Source of the DNA: Plasmodiophora brassicae
Taxonomy: Eukaryota
Direction: 5' to 3'
Assembly: GCA_036867785.1 (NCBI GenBank)
Contig: CP145410.1
Coordinates: 434,001-498,000 of the forward strand
DNA length: 64,000 nucleotides
Shown here: piece after piece, positions 60,701 through 64,000 of the stretch
Layout: each line of letters begins with the position of its first letter
Position numbering within the stretch: the stretch's first letter is position 1
Position numbers and translations under genes: made by a program
Notes under the pieces: generated by a model
Databases searched by the model: none
Seen by the model: the letters and a program-made list of their open reading frames with translations, nothing else
Told to the model about the DNA's origin: nothing

Positions 60701-62640
60701 TGATGTTCGAGGGTATACCTTCGTGTTCGGCAACGAACAGGACGAGCATCTGCTTTGAAGTGTAGTTTCAGTGGACTTACTTTCGCAGGTGGATCACGGC
60801 CAAGCTTCGTTCGCCATATGTCTTTGTGTCGATTGACAGTTGTGCGTAGACGCGGGACTTGATCGTTAGGGAAACCGGAGTCAGTTGCACGTTGTATCAT
60901 CCGGTCTATTGCCCTGTCCACGTCTGTATCGGAGTGTTCTCCGATTTCGACATCATAGTCGTCACCCGGATCATTGGTGTCCAATTGGGGCTCATGATCG
61001 CGAGTTGTTCCACTTACCTCCGGGTGTCTTACCGCTCTCATCGTGATCCCTTGACCACCTGGGGCGTGACGTTCCGGGGTCGGATCCGCTTCGATGATGA
61101 TAGGACCATTTGCCTCGATTAACATCTCCTTCAGTTGTGTAGCTGGATTGATACCCAACGCGTCCAGTTCCGGGGCTCCTAAAAGGACAATGTCATCAGA
61201 TAGGTCTTCGCGACATACGTTGATTTCCCGCCCGCGTAGATGTGCAGGTTTGCCATGGGAAGGTGGGACAATGGTGATGTCCACGATCGCTGTGGCGACA
61301 ATTGTTGTCGTAGCCCCGATCGTTGCAAGTTTCGCCTCCGTTGGATGGTCGAACACTTTGACTGGGACATGCTGGATGGCTTGAATCCGTAGCAGTTGCG
61401 ATTGCGAAATGACGGTCTTCGTCGCACCACTATCGGCTTCGAATGGAAGGTCGAGCGAGTTCTGGAAGCGAAGTCTCATAGGGGACGGTGTTGACAGCGA
61501 CGGCGGGCCCATGCGCTTTGCCGCGTCTGCGTTGCCCTTACTCTCCTCCTTCTCTTTGCGCTCTTTCTGGAACTTTTCAATGGCAGCTTTGCGTTCTCCT
61601 TGTGTTGCCTTCGGGCACACTTGGACCCAGTGCTGCTCCTTGCAGATTAGGCAACCTGCCTTTGGAGGATCCTTACCTTCGAAGCGTTTTCGGATGTGCT
61701 CGGGGATGTCCCTCGATTCATCTTTCGTTTGCGATGTGGACGATTGAGCTGTCTTCAGTCCGATCGGATTTGTCGGATGCTTGCCGCCATTCCTATTCGG
61801 AGCAACAACGTCCTTACCTTTCTTACCTGCAGGTGGGGACATGGTCTGCGCTGGAGACTTCTTCTTCTCAGCTTGCAGCCGGAAGTGTTTGTCCTGCTCT
61901 TTGGCAAGACGGTCGACGAGGTCGAAGAATTTGAGCTCGTCCTTCTCAGCGTCCCTGCACCCTCCGAACTCGATCGCGCGTTCGACTAGAACCGCAAGGT
62001 CAGTGGGACGGATACCTCCGCGTAATACCTTGATCTTGCGCTTGGTTCCTTTCGTTCCTTTGGCGTATGTGTCTTGTAGCCCATAGTCGTCGATTAGCTC
62101 ATCGAACTTGGCGAAGAAAGACGTGACACGTTCCTCAATACTCTTGATTGACAGGTTCATGACCACTGTCTTCGTGAGAAGCGCCTTGATGTCTGTCGAA
62201 CTCTCGACATCAGCCTCCCTGCGTTGGACTGACCTCAAGTAGCTCATGATGTCGCCATCCGTGATCGTGCTGGCGGGTTGACGTAGGCGATATTTCGACA
62301 TCCCTCTGAGGACGTCCTCGGTAATGCATGACTTCACCGTTGGCGGATGAATATCCTCCTTGTAGATCAGTCGGCGCTCGTTAACGATCTCGACGTGTTT
62401 CCTATATTTCTTGAGGAAATCGTTAATTCCGTCCTTGGCCGTAAGGCTCAGGGTACGTAGGATGGGCGGTTTCAAAGGCATAAAGATCGGGCTCTTACCG
62501 TGCAGGTTTGTTGACTGAAGCCCTCGATCGATTTCGTCATCTGTCGACGATTCATGCTCCTTGGCCTCGGCGTCGGAGTTGGTCCTGGCGTCGTCCTCCA
62601 TCTGTAGACGAACGGGCGCTCTGCGGCCACCTCCTGCCAT
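57751..62640 (-). CDS. Gag-Pol polyprotein: Gag, Zn knuckle, protease, RT, RNase H, integrase, chromodomain
   Basis: CLICKEQHWVQVC, ADSGA, FDAFKGYWQ, LWIDDIL, PDASD, FTDHRNL, H..H/CLHC, HYDF..SDRG..VE, WTGP and LLINWIGFDATDNSWEP, in PR-RT-RH-IN order. Confidence 0.97.
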   Translation of the reverse strand: MAGGGRRAPVRLQMEDDARTNSDAEAKEHESSTDDEIDRGLQSTNLHGKSPIFMPLKPPILRTLSLTAKDGINDFLKKYRKHVEIVNERRLIYKEDIHPPTVKSCITEDVLRGMSKYRLRQPASTITDGDIMSYLRSVQRREADVESSTDIKALLTKTVVMNLSIKSIEERVTSFFAKFDELIDDYGLQDTYAKGTKGTKRKIKVLRGGIRPTDLAVLVERAIEFGGCRDAEKDELKFFDLVDRLAKEQDKHFRLQAEKKKSPAQTMSPPAGKKGKDVVAPNRNGGKHPTNPIGLKTAQSSTSQTKDESRDIPEHIRKRFEGKDPPKAGCLICKEQHWVQVCPKATQGERKAAIEKFQKERKEKEESKGNADAAKRMGPPSLSTPSPMRLRFQNSLDLPFEADSGATKTVISQSQLLRIQAIQHVPVKVFDHPTEAKLATIGATTTIVATAIVDITIVPPSHGKPAHLRGREINVCREDLSDDIVLLGAPELDALGINPATQLKEMLIEANGPIIIEADPTPERHAPGGQGITMRAVRHPEVSGTTRDHEPQLDTNDPGDDYDVEIGEHSDTDVDRAIDRMIQRATDSGFPNDQVPRLRTTVNRHKDIWRTKLGRDPPAKVSPLKLHFKADARPVRCRTRRYTLEHQKFMDDHVGTLAENDFVYRNPHSRYASPCLVVDKKDTEVRGHRLTVDINEAVNKQTERIAWPMPHIDIILTYLRSATIFMLFDAFKGYWQFPLHPDSQEACSFMTHIATFTPRRIIQGIADCVFAFQAGMQQVLGKLLYICALLWIDDILGYVSGFGAYMDTLESLLNAFDEFGVKLNPDRCQLYLTSVTWCGRVISADGVSFDRSYLNALHDLSTPITAADLQQFLSGLNWVRSVIPQFAAHVHPLQDLLLSASRSVSSLKKSHLRRVRLADIGWTTDHLTSFNSLKHRLSEAMTLAHTKDEWIMCLFPDASDRFWSVFLSQIPPEDIDLPYGEQHHEPLSFISGTFRGSQLKWATIEKEAYAIIEGCYRLRHFISMSKLALRIFTDHRNLVFILNPASVARISRTTGDRLERWRLQIIDLDFHIEHIAGEDNVWADLATRWGVALQPLSSFSPPSFRSIRHMAINLDFDDYKMTDEFIWPSVDEISNAQTDYIRQHDLSAVSDILQLEGDMSLHLSPESGWRTPDNQLWVPSHALQLRIAVISHMGLSGHQLAASTISSIAQLFWWPDLDSFVRAFVDKCLHCLRNKDSMIPRPYGTAMHADKPNKVIHYDFLFLSKPRPGDSHQLRYVLVLKDDATAFVELIPCQFADHSVVAESLLDWFKRFGIVFQHVSDRGTHFKNAVIAELNSRLHCNHHFTTAYTPWANGTVEVVNKRLLFLLKSLLSELNLPFQDWPYVLPLINMTVNHTVRSSVGYAPVTMFTGLPPSTPISIIFNKRIDAVIDVPLTPDRLKEMTTELIDSLEDMHKEVARTRTHLRDLKQRARRRRRNVREINFTTGDYVLVANHGKHSKSEYNWTGPAQIIDTINDWVYRVRDLLTDHISDVHAQRLMFYADAHLNVTSSLKHNIALTGVAYQVNAVEDIRVNSTSGDTELLINWIGFDATDNSWEPYSVMAADVPDIVRAFLERQAEGDPLCSRLLADF

Positions 62641-62683
62641 TAAGTGAGTTCGTTTGCTTGGGGCTCTTTGCGCAAGAAGCTTC

Positions 62684-62880
62684 TGTGCTAACGCCGCCGC
62701 TGCCCACTACGGGGGCGGTCGGTCGCAAGAGTCGGCGCCTGGTGATATAACGAACTGATGTATTTGGACAGGATCGTCACAGCAAGGGCCGCTGCGGGGT
62801 CGAGTACGGTCATGATCATGTGACCGGGTGGCAGCAGCATCTGAGCAGCATCATCTGAGTACTGGTACTCTGGATGAACA
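62684..62880 (-). repeat. 5' LTR
   Basis: Identical by eye to 57545-57741; lies 43 nt upstream of the ATG. Confidence 0.97.
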
Positions 62881-63647
62881 CTGTCACCGGTGGCATCCTT
62901 CTTGCAGGGTCAGGGTATTACAGCACCAAACCGCTCATCAGTTGGCTGACGTTAAAGGCCAAGGCCAAGCCCAGGGCCAAGGACCGATCCAAGAACTTTC
63001 CCGACGTTCAGCGCGTCGACCCTGCCATCGGCCCTGACAGCTTTCGCCATCACCTCCATTGTCATCTCTTTCTGAATAAAGCAACTCTGAATCGAGCATA
63101 TTGTTGATGTCATCTCTGTAGAACTACAGCGGCCGTGTGGCGACCTGTCCTTGTCGGCGCGCGTTGTAGTCTGCAGTAAGCGTGTAACCAAATCGACTAC
63201 CCTAGGTAATTGCCATTCTTCTTTAGCTAAGGTTACTAAGGTCAGAAGTACTGTCTCCTCGTCCTGCTCACTTCATGAACACGCAAATGAAGAGCCCTTC
63301 AACATTGGGAATATCATCGAAAACATGGGCAAAGTCGTTCTTGCTGTCCACTTCGTTTTCAGGCAGTGCCAAGTGTGCAATGCGAACTGGGATAATACTG
63401 GCGGTAACCAGTGTAATTTACCGCAAGTCTTATGGTTTAGTATGAGACCGCCTGATCCTTGCGAAGCAGCGCTCGTCATCGATTAGGCGTTATCAATATT
63501 GAACAGCAGCGCACGTGATCTCTCCAAGTTGTCACGACTCTACGACGACGCGTTGACCGACTGCAGTCGGTCCCCGCTCGCACGGACTTTATTCCGGCGC
63601 CGACCTGCTATGTCGACGCCTGACACTACGACTGTCCTCGTTGTGGT

Positions 63648-63840
63648 TCGACGAGTTTTGCCGCTTCGCTGACGCGGATCCGACGTCAACGGCACCGCTG
63701 TCGAATGCGGCCAGGAGCCATAGCCACGTACAGCTTCAGCGCCACGCCGCCCAGGCTCGACGCCAACAGGCTCCTGGCCGCATTCGACAGCGGTGCCGTT
63801 GACGTCGGATCCGCGTCAGCGAAGCGGCAAAACTCGTCGA
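63648..63840. repeat. Perfect 72-bp inverted repeat with 49-nt spacer
   Basis: 63648-63719 is the exact reverse complement of 63769-63840. Confidence 0.95.
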
Positions 63841-63928
63841 GCCACGTCGTCGCAGACACCGGATCGACCGAGTCATCGCCCGTGAACGTGTGCAGCCGGA
63901 CTGGTGTCGAGTACGATATGGTCGACAA
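63720..63928 (-). pseudogene. Truncated retrotransposon gag (capsid)-like relic
   Basis: LHTFTGDDSVDPVSATTWLDEFCRFA...LLASSLGGVALKLY fits the F.G...W..F...L.G.A pattern of Ty3/Gypsy capsid N-termini. Confidence 0.5.
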
Positions 63929-64000
63929 GGGCGCCGGTGGTCGATCAGGATCAATGGTTTCGGTCTTGGGGACGATGGACGGGCTGGCGGCGACCTGCGC

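Larger units (their letters stand above)
57545..62880 (-). mobile_element. Full-length Ty3/Gypsy LTR retrotransposon (chromovirus type), 5,336 bp
   Basis: Two 197-bp LTRs with TG...CA ends, 5-bp TSD CTGTC (57540-57544 and 62881-62885) and a single gag-pol ORF. Confidence 0.97.
57362..63075 (+). pseudogene. KRHLxR family member 4, split by the LTR retrotransposon (parts 57362-57544 and 62881-63075)
   Basis: YANAQLHLDVGE...RAAQKLALAAVSNV..RSFPV, then the element, then TGGILLAGSGYY. The tail ALTAFAITSIVISF* is frameshifted and there is no intact N-terminus. Confidence 0.85.

Noticed and set aside
63100-63540. AT-richer stretch with short ORFs after the retrotransposon
   Set aside because: No recognisable domain. 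It may be decayed sequence, but no call can be supported.

Overview
Gene-dense, GC-rich eukaryotic DNA with short GT-AG introns (about 50-70 nt) and very short intergenic spacers. Composition, intron style, basal-body genes and a 7TM-RGS gene suggest a flagellated protist such as a plasmodiophorid; this taxonomy is inference only. All protein calls come from motifs recognised by eye, with no database search. Bases 1-46,500 hold mostly conserved genes: mL54, a purine-permease-like transporter, a nocturnin-like phosphatase, TRAPPC9, Yos1, RRM2, FIGL1, RPB3, NT5DC, Nup43, KIAA0825-like, PPP2R3C, adenosine kinase, TMEM135, SDHAF4 and an Hv1-like channel. Among them are unusual proteins: a PB1-like/PARG-fold protein with its catalytic motifs erased, a nocturnin-like protein with a signal peptide, and a CH-CH/coiled-coil/PH/LRR protein. 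Bases 46,600-64,000 form a dynamic region with a family of intronless secreted or anchored proteins I do not recognise (KRHL[LM]R and YS[HN]xQ[FL]HLA motifs; 3 ORFs plus 2 relics). The same region holds a decayed copy of the POP1 3' end, a pseudokinase, an intact 5,336-bp Ty3/Gypsy chromovirus (identical 197-bp LTRs, CTGTC TSD, WIDD RT motif, no tRNA-type PBS) inserted in a family pseudogene, and a perfect 72-bp fold-back of a gag-like relic.
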